Assembly (NCBI GenBank): GCA_046563655.1
Contig: CM102285.1
Coordinates: forward strand, 13,082,001 to 13,146,000
Reading direction: 5' to 3'
DNA length: 64,000 nucleotides
Source: Yuukianura sp. NJ FZ-2021
Taxonomy: Eukaryota
The notes under the pieces are model-generated. The model saw only the letters and a list, made by a program, of their open reading frames with translations, searched no databases and was not told the DNA's origin. Shown here piece by piece: positions 1 through 15,000 of this stretch (position 1 is the stretch's first letter; every line of letters begins with the position of its first letter). The position numbers and the translations under genes are program-made.

Positions 1-3000
1 GGCTTAAAGACTGTCAAGAAACGACCCAAGAAACCAACTGTTCCAGAAATCAAAACAGAAGAAATTCCAGAAATAATTCCGGTGATTACAGAAGTTACGC
101 AAGAATCTGAACTAGTAACCTTTACTCCTCAAGGCCGAAAGGTTGTCACAAAAGTCAAAAAGATTCGACGAGAAGGTGTCAAAGACCAGGATGTAGAACT
201 TGAAGTAACAACCGAAGGTCAAACACGTAAACTTTCAATTACTGAGGGCTCAGAAATTACATTACCTACGCCTTCTGGAGAAAAATTGAAAGTCAAAGTC
301 AAGAAACCAAAACCTGGACAAAAAGAGGACACGGTTGAAGTTGAACAGTCCATCAACGAGCAGACATTTGTTGTAACTGCAGTTTCACCTGGAGAATTGA
401 TTGAATTTACACCTCAGGGTCTCAAGACGGTCAAGAAGAAACCAAAGAAGCCACGGGTTCCAGAATCAAAAGAAGAAGAAGTCAAAGTTGAGGAAGCTGT
501 ATCTTTCATCACTGAAGCTACTCAAGAATCTGAGCTGGTTACATTCACCCCTCAAGGAAGAAAAGTCGTAACAAAAGTGAAGAAGGTACGCCGAGAAGGA
601 GATACAACGAAGCAGATTGAGTTGGAAGTAACTACTGAAGGTCAAACCAGAAGGCTTTCTGTAGTCGAAGATTCCGAAATTTCTGTTCCAACTCCATCTG
701 GTGAGAAATTAAAATTGAAAGTACGGAAGCCTAAACCAGATGAAAGTGAAGATCAAGTTGACATGGAACAATCAGTCAACGAGCAAGTATTTGTTACTAC
801 TGCTATTTCTCCTGGAGAGCTTATTGAATTCACTCCTCAGGGCTTAAAGACTGTCAAGAAACGACCCAAGAAACCAACTGTTCCAGAAATCAAAACAGAA
901 GAAATTCCAGAAATTATTCCGGTGATTACAGAAGTTACACAAGAGTCTGAACTAGTCACCTTTACTCCTCAAGGCCGAAAGGTTGTCACAAAAGTCAAAA
1001 AGATTCGACGAGAAGGTGTCAAAGACCAGGATGTAGAACTTGAAGTCACAACCGAAGGTCAAACACGTAAACTTTCAATTACTGAGGGCTCAGAAATTAC
1101 ATTACCTACGCCTTCTGGAGAAAAATTGAAAGTCAAAGTCAAGAAACCAAAACCTGGACAAAAAGAGGACACGGTTGAAGTTGAACAGTCCATCAACGAG
1201 CAGACATTTGTTGTAACTGCAGTTTCACCTGGAGAATTAATTGAATTTACACCTCAGGGTCTCAAGACGGTCAAAAAGAAACCAAAGAAGCCACGGGTTC
1301 CAGAATCAAAAGAAGAAGAAGTCAAAGTTGAGGAAGCTGTATCTTTCATCACTGAAGCTACTCAAGAATCTGAGCTGGTTACATTCACCCCTCAAGGAAG
1401 AAAAGTTGTAACCAAAGTCAAAAAGGTACGCCGAGAAGGAGATACTACAAAGCAAATTGAGTTGGAGGTAACTACTGAAGGTCAAACAAGAAGGCTTTCT
1501 GTTGTCGAAGATTCCGAAATTTCTGTTCCAACTCCATCTGGTGAGAAATTAAAATTGAAAGTACGGAAGCCTAAACCAGATGAAAGTGAAGATCAAGTTG
1601 ACATGGAACAATCAGTCAACGAGCAAGTATTTGTTACTACTGCTATTTCTCCTGGAGAGCTTATTGAATTCACTCCTCAGGGCTTAAAGACTGTCAAGAA
1701 ACGACCCAAGAAACCAACTGTTCCAGAAATCAAAACAGAAGAAATTCCAGAAATTATTCCGGTGATTACAGAAGTTACACAAGAGTCTGAACTAGTCACC
1801 TTTACTCCTCAAGGCCGAAAGGTTGTCACAAAAGTCAAAAAGATTCGACGAGAAGGTGTCAAAGACCAGGATGTAGAACTTGAAGTCACAACCGAAGGTC
1901 AAACACGTAAACTTTCAATTACTGAGGGCTCAGAAATTACATTACCTACGCCTTCTGGAGAAAAATTGAAAGTCAAAGTCAAGAAACCAAAACCTGGACA
2001 AAAAGAGGACACGGTTGAAGTTGAACAGTCCATCAACGAGCAGACATTTGTTGTAACTGCAGTTTCACCTGGAGAATTGATTGAATTTACACCTCAGGGT
2101 CTCAAGACGGTCAAGAAGAAACCAAAGAAGCCACGGGTTCCAGAATCAAAAGAAGAAGAAGTCAAAGTTGAGGAAGCTGTATCTTTCATCACTGAAGCTA
2201 CTCAAGAATCTGAGCTGGTTACATTCACCCCTCAAGGAAGAAAAGTTGTAACCAAAGTCAAAAAGGTACGCCGAGAAGGAGATACTACAAAGCAAATTGA
2301 GTTGGAGGTAACTACTGAAGGTCAAACAAGAAGGCTTTCTGTTGTCGAAGATTCCGAAATTTCTGTTCCAACTCCATCTGGTGAGAAATTAAAATTGAAA
2401 GTACGGAAGCCTAAACCAGATGAAAGTGAAGATCAAGTTGACATGGAACAATCAGTCAACGAGCAAGTATTTGTTACTACTGCTATTTCTCCTGGAGAGC
2501 TTATTGAATTCACTCCTCAGGGCTTAAAGACTGTCAAGAAACGACCCAAGAAACCAACTGTTCCAGAAATCAAAACAGAAGAAATTCCAGAAATTATTCC
2601 GGTGATTACAGAAGTTACACAAGAGTCTGAACTAGTCACCTTTACTCCTCAAGGCCGAAAGGTTGTCACAAAAGTCAAAAAGATTCGACGAGAAGGTGTC
2701 AAAGACCAGGATGTGGAACTTGAAGTCACAACCGAAGGTCAAACACGTAAACTTTCAATTACTGAGGGCTCAGAAATTACATTACCTACGCCTTCTGGAG
2801 AAAAATTGAAAGTCAAAGTCAAGAAACCAAAACCTGGACAAAAAGAGGACACGGTTGAAGTTGAACAGTCCATCAACGAGCAGACATTTGTTGTAACTGC
2901 AGTTTCACCTGGAGAATTAATTGAATTTACACCTCAGGGTCTCAAGACGGTCAAAAAGAAACCAAAGAAGCCACGGGTTCCAGAATCAAAAGAAGAAGAA

Positions 3001-6000
3001 GTCAAAGTTGAGGAAGCTGTATCTTTCATCACTGAAGCTACTCAAGAATCTGAGCTGGTTACATTCACCCCTCAAGGAAGAAAAGTTGTAACCAAAGTCA
3101 AAAAGGTACGCCGAGAAGGAGATACTACAAAGCAAATTGAGTTGGAGGTAACTACTGAAGGTCAAACAAGAAGGCTTTCTGTTGTCGAAGATTCCGAAAT
3201 TTCTGTTCCAACTCCATCTGGTGAGAAATTAAAATTGAAAGTACGGAAGCCTAAACCAGACGAAAGTGAAGATCAAGTTGACATGGAACAATCAGTCAAC
3301 GAGCAAGTATTTGTTACTACTGCTATTTCTCCTGGAGAGCTTATTGAATTCACTCCTCAGGGCTTAAAGACTGTCAAGAAACGACCCAAGAAACCAACTG
3401 TTCCAGAAATCAAAACAGAAGAAATTCCAGAAATTATTCCGGTGATTACAGAAGTTACACAAGAGTCTGAACTAGTCACCTTTACTCCTCAAGGCCGAAA
3501 GGTTGTCACAAAAGTCAAAAAGATTCGACGAGAAGGTGTCAAAGACCAGGATGTAGAACTTGAAGTCACAACCGAAGGTCAAACACGTAAACTTTCAATT
3601 ACTGAGGGCTCAGAAATTACATTACCTACGCCTTCTGGAGAAAAATTGAAAGTCAAAGTCAAGAAACCAAAACCTGGACAAAAAGAGGACACGGTTGAAG
3701 TTGAACAGTCCATCAACGAGCAGACATTTGTTGTAACTGCAGTTTCACCTGGAGAATTGATTGAATTTACACCTCAGGGTCTCAAGACGGTCAAGAAGAA
3801 ACCAAAGAAGCCACGGGTTCCAGAATCAAAAGAAGAAGAAGTCAAAGTTGAGGAAGCTGTATCTTTCATCACTGAAGCTACTCAAGAATCTGAGCTGGTT
3901 ACATTCACCCCTCAAGGAAGAAAAGTCGTAACAAAAGTGAAGAAGGTACGCCGAGAAGGAGATACAACGAAGCAGATTGAGTTGGAAGTAACTACTGAAG
4001 GTCAAACCAGAAGGCTTTCTGTAGTCGAAGATTCTGAAATTTCTGTTCCAACTCCATCTGGTGAAAAATTAAAATTAAAAGTAAGGAAGCCTAAACCAGA
4101 CGAAAGTGAAGATCAAGTTGACATGGAACAATCCGTCAACGAGCAAGTATTTGTTACTACTGCTATTTCTCCTGGAGAGCTTATTGAATTCACTCCTCAG
4201 GGCTTGAAGACTGTCAAGAAACGACCCAAGAAACCAACTGTTCCAGAAATCAAAACAGAAGAAATTCCAGAAATTATTCCGGTGATTACAGAAGTTACAC
4301 AAGAGTCTGAACTAGTCACCTTTACTCCTCAAGGCCGAAAGGTTGTCACAAAAGTCAAAAAGATTCGACGAGAAGGTGTCAAAGACCAGGATGTGGAACT
4401 TGAAGTCACAACCGAAGGTCAAACACGTAAACTTTCAATTACTGAGGGCTCAGAAATTACATTACCTACGCCTTCTGGAGAAAAATTGAAAGTCAAAGTC
4501 AAGAAACCAAAACCTGGACAAAAAGAGGACACGGTTGAAGTTGAACAGTCCATCAACGAGCAGACATTTGTTGTAACTGCAGTTTCACCTGGAGAATTGA
4601 TTGAATTTACACCTCAGGGTCTCAAGACGGTCAAGAAGAAACCAAAGAAGCCACGGGTTCCAGAATCAAAAGAAGAAGAAGTCAAAGTTGAGGAAGCTGT
4701 ATCTTTCATCACTGAAGCTACTCAAGAATCTGAGCTGGTTACATTCACCCCTCAAGGAAGAAAAGTCATAACAAAAGTGAAGAAGGTACGCCGAGAAGGA
4801 GATACAACGAAGCAGATTGAATTGGAAGTAACTACTGAAGGTCAAACCAGAAGGCTTTCTGTAGTCGAAGATTCTGAAATTTCTGTTCCAACTCCATCTG
4901 GTGAAAAATTAAAATTAAAAGTAAGGAAGCCTAAACCAGACGAAAGTGAAGATCAAGTTGACATGGAACAATCAGTCAACGAGCAAGTATTTGTTACTAC
5001 TGCTATTTCTCCTGGAGAGCTTATTGAATTCACTCCTCAGGGCTTAAAGACTGTCAAGAAACGACCCAAGAAACCAACTGTTCCAGAAATCAAAACAGAA
5101 GAAATTCCAGAAATTATTCCGGTGATTACAGAAGTTACACAAGAGTCTGAACTAGTCACCTTTACTCCTCAAGGCCGAAAGGTTGTCACAAAAGTCAAAA
5201 AGATTCGACGAGAAGGTGTCAAAGACCAGGATGTGGAACTTGAAGTCACAACCGAAGGTCAAACACGTAAACTTTCAATTACTGAGGGCTCAGAAATTAC
5301 ATTACCTACGCCTTCTGGAGAAAAATTGAAAGTCAAAGTCAAGAAACCAAAACCTGGACAAAAAGAGGACACGGTTGAAGTTGAACAGTCCATCAACGAG
5401 CAGACATTTGTTGTAACTGCAGTTTCACCTGGAGAATTGATTGAATTTACACCTCAGGGTCTCAAGACTGTCAAGAAGAAACCCAAGAAGCCACGCGTTC
5501 CAGAATCCAAAGAAGAAGAAGTCAAAGTTGAGGAAGCTGTATCTTTCATCACTGAAGCAACTCAAGAATCAGAGCTGGTTACCTTCACACCCCAAGGAAG
5601 AAAAGTTGTAACTAAAGTCAAGAAGGTACGCCGAGAAGGAGATACTACAAAGCAAATTGAGTTGGAGGTAACTACGGAGGGTCAAACTAGAAGGCTTTCT
5701 GTAGTCGAAGATTCTGAAATTTCTGTTCCAACTCCATCTGGTGAGAAATTAAAATTAAAAGTACGGAAGCCTAAACCAGACGAAAGTGAAGATCAAGTTG
5801 ACATGGAACAATCAGTCAACGAGCAAGTATTTGTTACTACTGCTATTTCTCCTGGAGAGCTTATTGAATTCACTCCTCAGGGCTTAAAGACTGTCAAGAA
5901 ACGACCCAAGAAACCAACTGTTCCAGAAATCAAAACAGAAGAAATTCCAGAAATTATTCCGGTGATTACAGAAGTTACACAAGAGTCTGAACTAGTCACC

Positions 6001-9000
6001 TTTACTCCTCAAGGCCGAAAGGTTGTCACAAAAGTCAAAAAGATTCGACGAGAAGGTGTCAAAGACCAGGATGTGGAACTTGAAGTCACAACCGAAGGTC
6101 AAACACGTAAACTTTCAATTACTGAGGGCTCAGAAATTACATTACCTACGCCTTCTGGAGAAAAATTGAAAGTCAAAGTCAAGAAACCAAAACCTGGACA
6201 AAAAGAGGACACGGTTGAAGTTGAACAGTCCATCAACGAGCAGACATTTGTTGTAACTGCAGTTTCACCTGGAGAATTGATTGAATTTACACCTCAGGGT
6301 CTCAAGACGGTCAAGAAGAAACCAAAGAAGCCACGGGTTCCAGAATCAAAAGAAGAAGAAGTCAAAGTTGAGGAAGCTGTATCTTTCATCACTGAAGCTA
6401 CCCAAGAATCTGAGCTGGTTACATTCACCCCTCAAGGAAGAAAAGTCATAACAAAAGTGAAGAAGGTACGCCGAGAAGGAGATACAACGAAGCAGATTGA
6501 GTTGGAAGTAACTACGGAGGGTCAAACCAGAAGGCTTTCTGTAGTCGAAGATTCTGAAATTTCTGTTCCAACTCCATCTGGTGAGAAATTAAAATTGAAA
6601 GTACGGAAGCCTAAACCAGATGAAAGTGAAGATCAAGTTGACATGGAACAATCAGTCAACGAGCAAGTATTTGTTACTACTGCTATTTCTCCTGGAGAGC
6701 TTATTGAATTCACTCCTCAGGGCTTAAAGACTGTCAAGAAACGACCCAAGAAACCAACTGTTCCAGAAATCAAAACAGAAGAAATTCCAGAAATTATTCC
6801 GGTGATTACAGAAGTTACACAAGAGTCTGAACTAGTCACCTTTACTCCTCAAGGCCGAAAGGTTGTCACAAAAGTCAAAAAGATTCGACGAGAAGGTGTC
6901 AAAGACCAGGATGTAGAACTTGAAGTCACAACCGAAGGTCAAACACGTAAACTTTCAATTACTGAGGGCTCAGAAATTACATTACCTACGCCTTCTGGAG
7001 AAAAATTGAAAGTCAAAGTCAAGAAACCAAAACCTGGACAAAAAGAGGACACGGTTGAAGTTGAACAGTCCATCAACGAGCAGACATTTGTTGTAACTGC
7101 AGTTTCACCTGGAGAATTGATTGAATTTACACCTCAGGGTCTCAAGACGGTCAAGAAGAAACCAAAGAAGCCACGGGTTCCAGAATCAAAAGAAGAAGAA
7201 GTCAAAGTTGAGGAAGCTGTATCTTTCATCACTGAAGCTACCCAAGAATCTGAGCTGGTTACATTCACCCCTCAAGGAAGAAAAGTCATAACAAAAGTGA
7301 AGAAGGTACGCCGAGAAGGAGATACAACGAAGCAGATTGAGTTGGAGGTAACTACGGAGGGTCAAACCAGAAGGCTTTCTGTAGTCGAAGATTCCGAAAT
7401 TTCTGTTCCAACTCCATCTGGTGAGAAATTAAAATTGAAAGTACGGAAGCCTAAACCAGACGAAAGTGAAGATCAAGTTGACATGGAACAATCAGTCAAC
7501 GAGCAAGTATTTGTTACTACTGCTATTTCTCCTGGAGAGCTTATTGAATTCACTCCTCAGGGCTTAAAGACTGTCAAGAAACGACCCAAGAAACCAACTG
7601 TTCCAGAAATCAAAACAGAAGAAATTCCAGAAATTATTCCGGTGATTACAGAAGTTACACAAGAGTCTGAACTAGTCACCTTTACTCCTCAAGGCCGAAA
7701 GGTTGTCACAAAAGTCAAAAAGATTCGACGAGAAGGTGTCAAAGACCAGGATGTAGAACTTGAAGTCACAACCGAAGGTCAAACACGTAAACTTTCAATT
7801 ACTGAGGGCTCAGAAATTACATTACCTACGCCTTCTGGAGAAAAATTGAAAGTCAAAGTCAAGAAACCAAAACCTGGACAAAAAGAGGACACGGTTGAAG
7901 TTGAACAGTCCATCAACGAGCAGACATTTGTTGTAACTGCAGTTTCACCTGGAGAATTGATTGAATTTACACCTCAGGGTCTCAAGACGGTCAAGAAGAA
8001 ACCAAAGAAGCCACGGGTTCCAGAATCAAAAGAAGAAGAAGTCAAAGTTGAGGAAGCTGTATCTTTCATCACTGAAGCTACTCAAGAATCTGAGCTGGTT
8101 ACATTCACCCCTCAAGGAAGAAAAGTCGTAACAAAAGTGAAGAAGGTACGCCGAGAAGGAGATACAACGAAGCAGATTGAGTTGGAAGTAACTACTGAAG
8201 GTCAAACCAGAAGGCTTTCTGTAGTCGAAGATTCCGAAATTTCTGTTCCAACTCCATCTGGTGAGAAATTAAAATTGAAAGTACGGAAGCCTAAACCAGA
8301 CGAAAGTGAAGATCAAGTTGACATGGAACAATCAGTCAACGAGCAAGTATTTGTTACTACTGCTATTTCTCCTGGAGAGCTTATTGAATTCACTCCTCAG
8401 GGCTTAAAGACTGTCAAGAAACGACCCAAGAAACCAACTGTTCCAGAAATCAAAACAGAAGAAATTCCAGAAATTATTCCGGTGATTACAGAAGTTACAC
8501 AAGAGTCTGAACTAGTCACCTTTACTCCTCAAGGCCGAAAGGTTGTCACAAAAGTCAAAAAGATTCGACGAGAAGGTGTCAAAGACCAGGATGTAGAACT
8601 TGAAGTCACAACCGAAGGTCAAACACGTAAACTTTCAATTACTGAGGGCTCAGAAATTACATTACCTACGCCTTCTGGAGAAAAATTGAAAGTCAAAGTC
8701 AAGAAACCAAAACCTGGACAAAAAGAGGACACGGTTGAAGTTGAACAGTCCATCAACGAGCAGACATTTGTTGTAACTGCAGTTTCACCTGGAGAATTGA
8801 TTGAATTTACACCTCAGGGTCTCAAGACGGTCAAGAAGAAACCAAAGAAGCCACGGGTTCCAGAATCAAAAGAAGAAGAAGTCAAAGTTGAGGAAGCTGT
8901 ATCTTTCATCACTGAAGCTACCCAAGAATCTGAGCTGGTTACATTCACCCCTCAAGGAAGAAAAGTCGTAACAAAAGTGAAGAAGGTACGCCGAGAAGGA

Positions 9001-12000
9001 GATACAACGAAGCAGATTGAGTTGGAAGTAACTACTGAAGGTCAAACCAGAAGGCTTTCTGTAGTCGAAGATTCTGAAATTTCTGTTCCAACTCCATCTG
9101 GTGAAAAATTAAAATTAAAAGTAAGGAAGCCTAAACCAGACGAAAGTGAAGATCAAGTTGACATGGAACAATCCGTCAACGAGCAAGTATTTGTTACTAC
9201 TGCTATTTCTCCTGGAGAGCTTATTGAATTCACTCCTCAGGGCTTGAAGACTGTCAAGAAACGACCCAAGAAACCAACTGTTCCAGAAATCAAAACAGAA
9301 GAAATTCCAGAAATTATTCCGGTGATTACAGAAGTTACACAAGAGTCTGAACTAGTCACCTTTACTCCTCAAGGCCGAAAGGTTGTCACAAAAGTCAAAA
9401 AGATTCGACGAGAAGGTGTCAAAGACCAGGATGTGGAACTTGAAGTCACAACCGAAGGTCAAACACGTAAACTTTCAATTACTGAGGGCTCAGAAATTAC
9501 ATTACCTACGCCTTCTGGAGAAAAATTGAAAGTCAAAGTCAAGAAACCAAAACCTGGACAAAAAGAGGACACGGTTGAAGTTGAACAGTCCATCAACGAG
9601 CAGACATTTGTTGTAACTGCAGTTTCACCTGGAGAATTGATTGAATTTACACCTCAGGGTCTCAAGACGGTCAAGAAGAAACCAAAGAAGCCACGGGTTC
9701 CAGAATCAAAAGAAGAAGAAGTCAAAGTTGAGGAAGCTGTATCTTTCATCACTGAAGCTACCCAAGAATCTGAGCTGGTTACATTCACCCCTCAAGGAAG
9801 AAAAGTCATAACAAAAGTGAAGAAGGTACGCCGAGAAGGAGATACTACAAAGCAAATTGAGTTGGAGGTAACTACGGAGGGTCAAACTAGAAGGCTTTCT
9901 GTAGTCGAAGATTCTGAAATTTCTGTTCCAACTCCATCTGGTGAGAAATTAAAATTGAAAGTACGGAAGCCTAAACCAGACGAAAGTGAAGATCAAGTTG
10001 ACATGGAACAATCAGTCAACGAGCAAGTATTTGTTACTACTGCTATTTCTCCTGGAGAGCTTATTGAATTCACTCCTCAGGGCTTAAAGACTGTCAAGAA
10101 ACGACCCAAGAAACCAACTGTTCCAGAAATCAAAACAGAAGAAATTCCAGAAATTATTCCGGTGATTACAGAAGTTACACAAGAGTCTGAACTAGTCACC
10201 TTTACTCCTCAAGGCCGAAAGGTTGTCACAAAAGTCAAAAAGATTCGACGAGAAGGTGTCAAAGACCAGGATGTGGAACTTGAAGTCACAACCGAAGGTC
10301 AAACACGTAAACTTTCAATTACTGAGGGCTCAGAAATTACATTACCTACGCCTTCTGGAGAAAAATTGAAAGTCAAAGTCAAGAAACCAAAACCTGGACA
10401 AAAAGAGGACACGGTTGAAGTTGAACAGTCCATCAACGAGCAGACATTTGTTGTAACTGCAGTTTCACCTGGAGAATTGATTGAATTTACACCTCAGGGT
10501 CTCAAGACGGTCAAGAAGAAACCAAAGAAGCCACGGGTTCCAGAATCAAAAGAAGAAGAAGTCAAAGTTGAGGAAGCTGTATCTTTCATCACTGAAGCTA
10601 CTCAAGAATCTGAGCTGGTTACATTCACCCCTCAAGGAAGAAAAGTCGTAACAAAAGTGAAGAAGGTACGCCGAGAAGGAGATACAACGAAGCAAATTGA
10701 GTTGGAGGTAACTACGGAGGGTCAAACCAGAAGGCTTTCTGTAGTCGAAGATTCCGAAATTTCTGTTCCAACTCCATCTGGTGAGAAATTAAAATTGAAA
10801 GTACGGAAGCCTAAACCAGACGAAAGTGAAGATCAAGTTGACATGGAACAATCAGTCAACGAGCAAGTATTTGTTACTACTGCTATTTCTCCTGGAGAGC
10901 TTATTGAATTCACTCCTCAGGGCTTAAAGACTGTCAAGAAACGACCCAAGAAACCAACTGTTCCAGAAATCAAAACAGAAGAAATTCCAGAAATTATTCC
11001 GGTGATTACAGAAGTTACACAAGAGTCTGAACTAGTCACCTTTACTCCTCAAGGCCGAAAGGTTGTCACAAAAGTCAAAAAGATTCGACGAGAAGGTGTC
11101 AAAGACCAGGATGTGGAACTTGAAGTCACAACCGAAGGTCAAACACGTAAACTTTCAATTACTGAGGGCTCAGAAATTACATTACCTACGCCTTCTGGAG
11201 AAAAATTGAAAGTCAAAGTCAAGAAACCAAAACCTGGACAAAAAGAGGACACGGTTGAAGTTGAACAGTCCATCAACGAGCAGACATTTGTTGTAACTGC
11301 AGTTTCACCTGGAGAATTGATTGAATTTACACCTCAGGGTCTCAAGACGGTCAAGAAGAAACCAAAGAAGCCACGGGTTCCAGAATCAAAAGAAGAAGAA
11401 GTCAAAGTTGAGGAAGCTGTATCTTTCATCACTGAAGCTACCCAAGAATCTGAGCTGGTTACATTCACCCCTCAAGGAAGAAAAGTCATAACAAAAGTGA
11501 AGAAGGTACGCCGAGAAGGAGATACAACGAAGCAGATTGAGTTGGAAGTAACTACGGAGGGTCAAACCAGAAGGCTTTCTGTAGTCGAAGATTCCGAAAT
11601 TTCTGTTCCAACTCCATCTGGTGAGAAATTAAAATTGAAAGTACGGAAGCCTAAACCAGACGAAAGTGAAGATCAAGTTGACATGGAACAATCAGTCAAC
11701 GAGCAAGTATTTGTTACTACTGCTATTTCTCCTGGAGAGCTTATTGAATTCACTCCTCAGGGCTTAAAGACTGTCAAGAAACGACCCAAGAAACCAACTG
11801 TTCCAGAAATCAAAACAGAAGAAATTCCAGAAATTATTCCGGTGATTACAGAAGTTACACAAGAGTCTGAACTAGTCACCTTTACTCCTCAAGGCCGAAA
11901 GGTTGTCACAAAAGTCAAAAAGATTCGACGAGAAGGTGTCAAAGACCAGGATGTGGAACTTGAAGTCACAACCGAAGGTCAAACACGTAAACTTTCAATT

Positions 12001-15000
12001 ACTGAGGGCTCAGAAATTACATTACCTACGCCTTCTGGAGAAAAATTGAAAGTCAAAGTCAAGAAACCAAAACCTGGACAAAAAGAGGACACGGTTGAAG
12101 TTGAACAGTCCATCAACGAGCAGACATTTGTTGTAACTGCAGTTTCACCTGGAGAATTGATTGAATTTACACCTCAGGGTCTCAAGACGGTCAAGAAGAA
12201 ACCAAAGAAGCCACGGGTTCCAGAATCAAAAGAAGAAGAAGTCAAAGTTGAGGAAGCTGTATCTTTCATCACTGAAGCTACTCAAGAATCTGAGCTGGTT
12301 ACATTCACCCCTCAAGGAAGAAAAGTCGTAACAAAAGTGAAGAAGGTACGCCGAGAAGGAGATACAACGAAGCAGATTGAGTTGGAAGTAACTACTGAAG
12401 GTCAAACCAGAAGGCTTTCTGTAGTCGAAGATTCTGAAATTTCTGTTCCAACTCCATCTGGTGAAAAATTAAAATTAAAAGTAAGGAAGCCTAAACCAGA
12501 CGAAAGTGAAGATCAAGTTGACATGGAACAATCCGTCAACGAGCAAGTATTTGTTACTACTGCTATTTCTCCTGGAGAGCTTATTGAATTCACTCCTCAG
12601 GGCTTGAAGACTGTCAAGAAACGACCCAAGAAACCAACTGTTCCAGAAATCAAAACAGAAGAAATTCCAGAAATTATTCCGGTGATTACAGAAGTTACAC
12701 AAGAGTCTGAACTAGTCACCTTTACTCCTCAAGGCCGAAAGGTTGTCACAAAAGTCAAAAAGATTCGACGAGAAGGTGTCAAAGACCAGGATGTGGAACT
12801 TGAAGTCACAACCGAAGGTCAAACACGTAAACTTTCAATTACTGAGGGCTCAGAAATTACATTACCTACGCCTTCTGGAGAAAAATTGAAAGTCAAAGTC
12901 AAGAAACCAAAACCTGGACAAAAAGAGGACACGGTTGAAGTTGAACAGTCCATCAACGAGCAGACATTTGTTGTAACTGCAGTTTCACCTGGAGAATTGA
13001 TTGAATTTACACCTCAGGGTCTCAAGACGGTCAAGAAGAAACCAAAGAAGCCACGGGTTCCAGAATCAAAAGAAGAAGAAGTCAAAGTTGAGGAAGCTGT
13101 ATCTTTCATCACTGAAGCTACCCAAGAATCTGAGCTGGTTACATTCACCCCTCAAGGAAGAAAAGTCATAACAAAAGTGAAGAAGGTACGCCGAGAAGGA
13201 GATACAACGAAGCAGATTGAGTTGGAGGTAACTACGGAGGGTCAAACCAGAAGGCTTTCTGTAGTCGAAGATTCCGAAATTTCTGTTCCAACTCCATCTG
13301 GTGAGAAATTAAAATTGAAAGTACGGAAGCCTAAACCAGACGAAAGTGAAGATCAAGTTGACATGGAACAATCAGTCAACGAGCAAGTATTTGTTACTAC
13401 TGCTATTTCTCCTGGAGAGCTTATTGAATTCACTCCTCAGGGCTTAAAGACTGTCAAGAAACGACCCAAGAAACCAACTGTTCCAGAAATCAAAACAGAA
13501 GAAATTCCAGAAATTATTCCGGTGATTACAGAAGTTACACAAGAGTCTGAACTAGTCACCTTTACTCCTCAAGGCCGAAAGGTTGTCACAAAAGTCAAAA
13601 AGATTCGACGAGAAGGTGTCAAAGACCAGGATGTAGAACTTGAAGTCACAACCGAAGGTCAAACACGTAAACTTTCAATTACTGAGGGCTCAGAAATTAC
13701 ATTACCTACGCCTTCTGGAGAAAAATTGAAAGTCAAAGTCAAGAAACCAAAACCTGGACAAAAAGAGGACACGGTTGAAGTTGAACAGTCCATCAACGAG
13801 CAGACATTTGTTGTAACTGCAGTTTCACCTGGAGAATTGATTGAATTTACACCTCAGGGTCTCAAGACGGTCAAGAAGAAACCAAAGAAGCCACGGGTTC
13901 CAGAATCAAAAGAAGAAGAAGTCAAAGTTGAGGAAGCTGTATCTTTCATCACTGAAGCTACCCAAGAATCTGAGCTGGTTACATTCACCCCTCAAGGAAG
14001 AAAAGTCATAACAAAAGTGAAGAAGGTACGCCGAGAAGGAGATACAACGAAGCAGATTGAGTTGGAAGTAACTACTGAAGGTCAAACCAGAAGGCTTTCT
14101 GTAGTCGAAGATTCCGAAATTTCTGTTCCAACTCCATCTGGTGAGAAATTAAAATTGAAAGTACGGAAGCCTAAACCAGACGAAAGTGAAGATCAAGTTG
14201 ACATGGAACAATCAGTCAACGAGCAAGTATTTGTTACTACTGCTATTTCTCCTGGAGAGCTTATTGAATTCACTCCTCAGGGCTTAAAGACTGTCAAGAA
14301 ACGACCCAAGAAACCAACTGTTCCAGAAATCAAAACAGAAGAAATTCCAGAAATTATTCCGGTGATTACAGAAGTTACACAAGAGTCTGAACTAGTCACC
14401 TTTACTCCTCAAGGCCGAAAGGTTGTCACAAAAGTCAAAAAGATTCGACGAGAAGGTGTCAAAGACCAGGATGTGGAACTTGAAGTGACAACTGAAGGAC
14501 AAACCCGTAAACTTTCAATTACTGAGGGTTCAGAAATTACATTACCTACGCCTTCTGGAGAAAAATTGAAAGTCAAAGTCAAGAAACCAAAACCTGGACA
14601 AAAAGATGACACGGTTGAAGTCGAACAGTCCATCAACGAACAAACATTTGTTGTAACTGCAGTTTCACCTGGAGAATTAATTGAATTTACTCCTCAGGGT
14701 CTTAAGACTGTGAAGAAGAAACCTAAGAAGCCACGCGTTCCAGAATCCAAAGAAGAAGAAGTCAAAGTTGAGGAAGCTGTATCTTTCATCACTGAAGCAA
14801 CTCAAGAATCAGAGCTGGTTACCTTCACACCCCAAGGAAGAAAAGTTGTAACTAAAGTCAAGAAGGTACGCCGAGAAGGAGATACTACAAAGCAGATTGA
14901 GTTGGAGGTAACTACTGAAGGTCAAACCAGAAGGCTTTCTGTAGTCGAAGATTCTGAAATTTCTGTTCCAACTCCATCTGGTGAAAAATTAAAATTAAAA

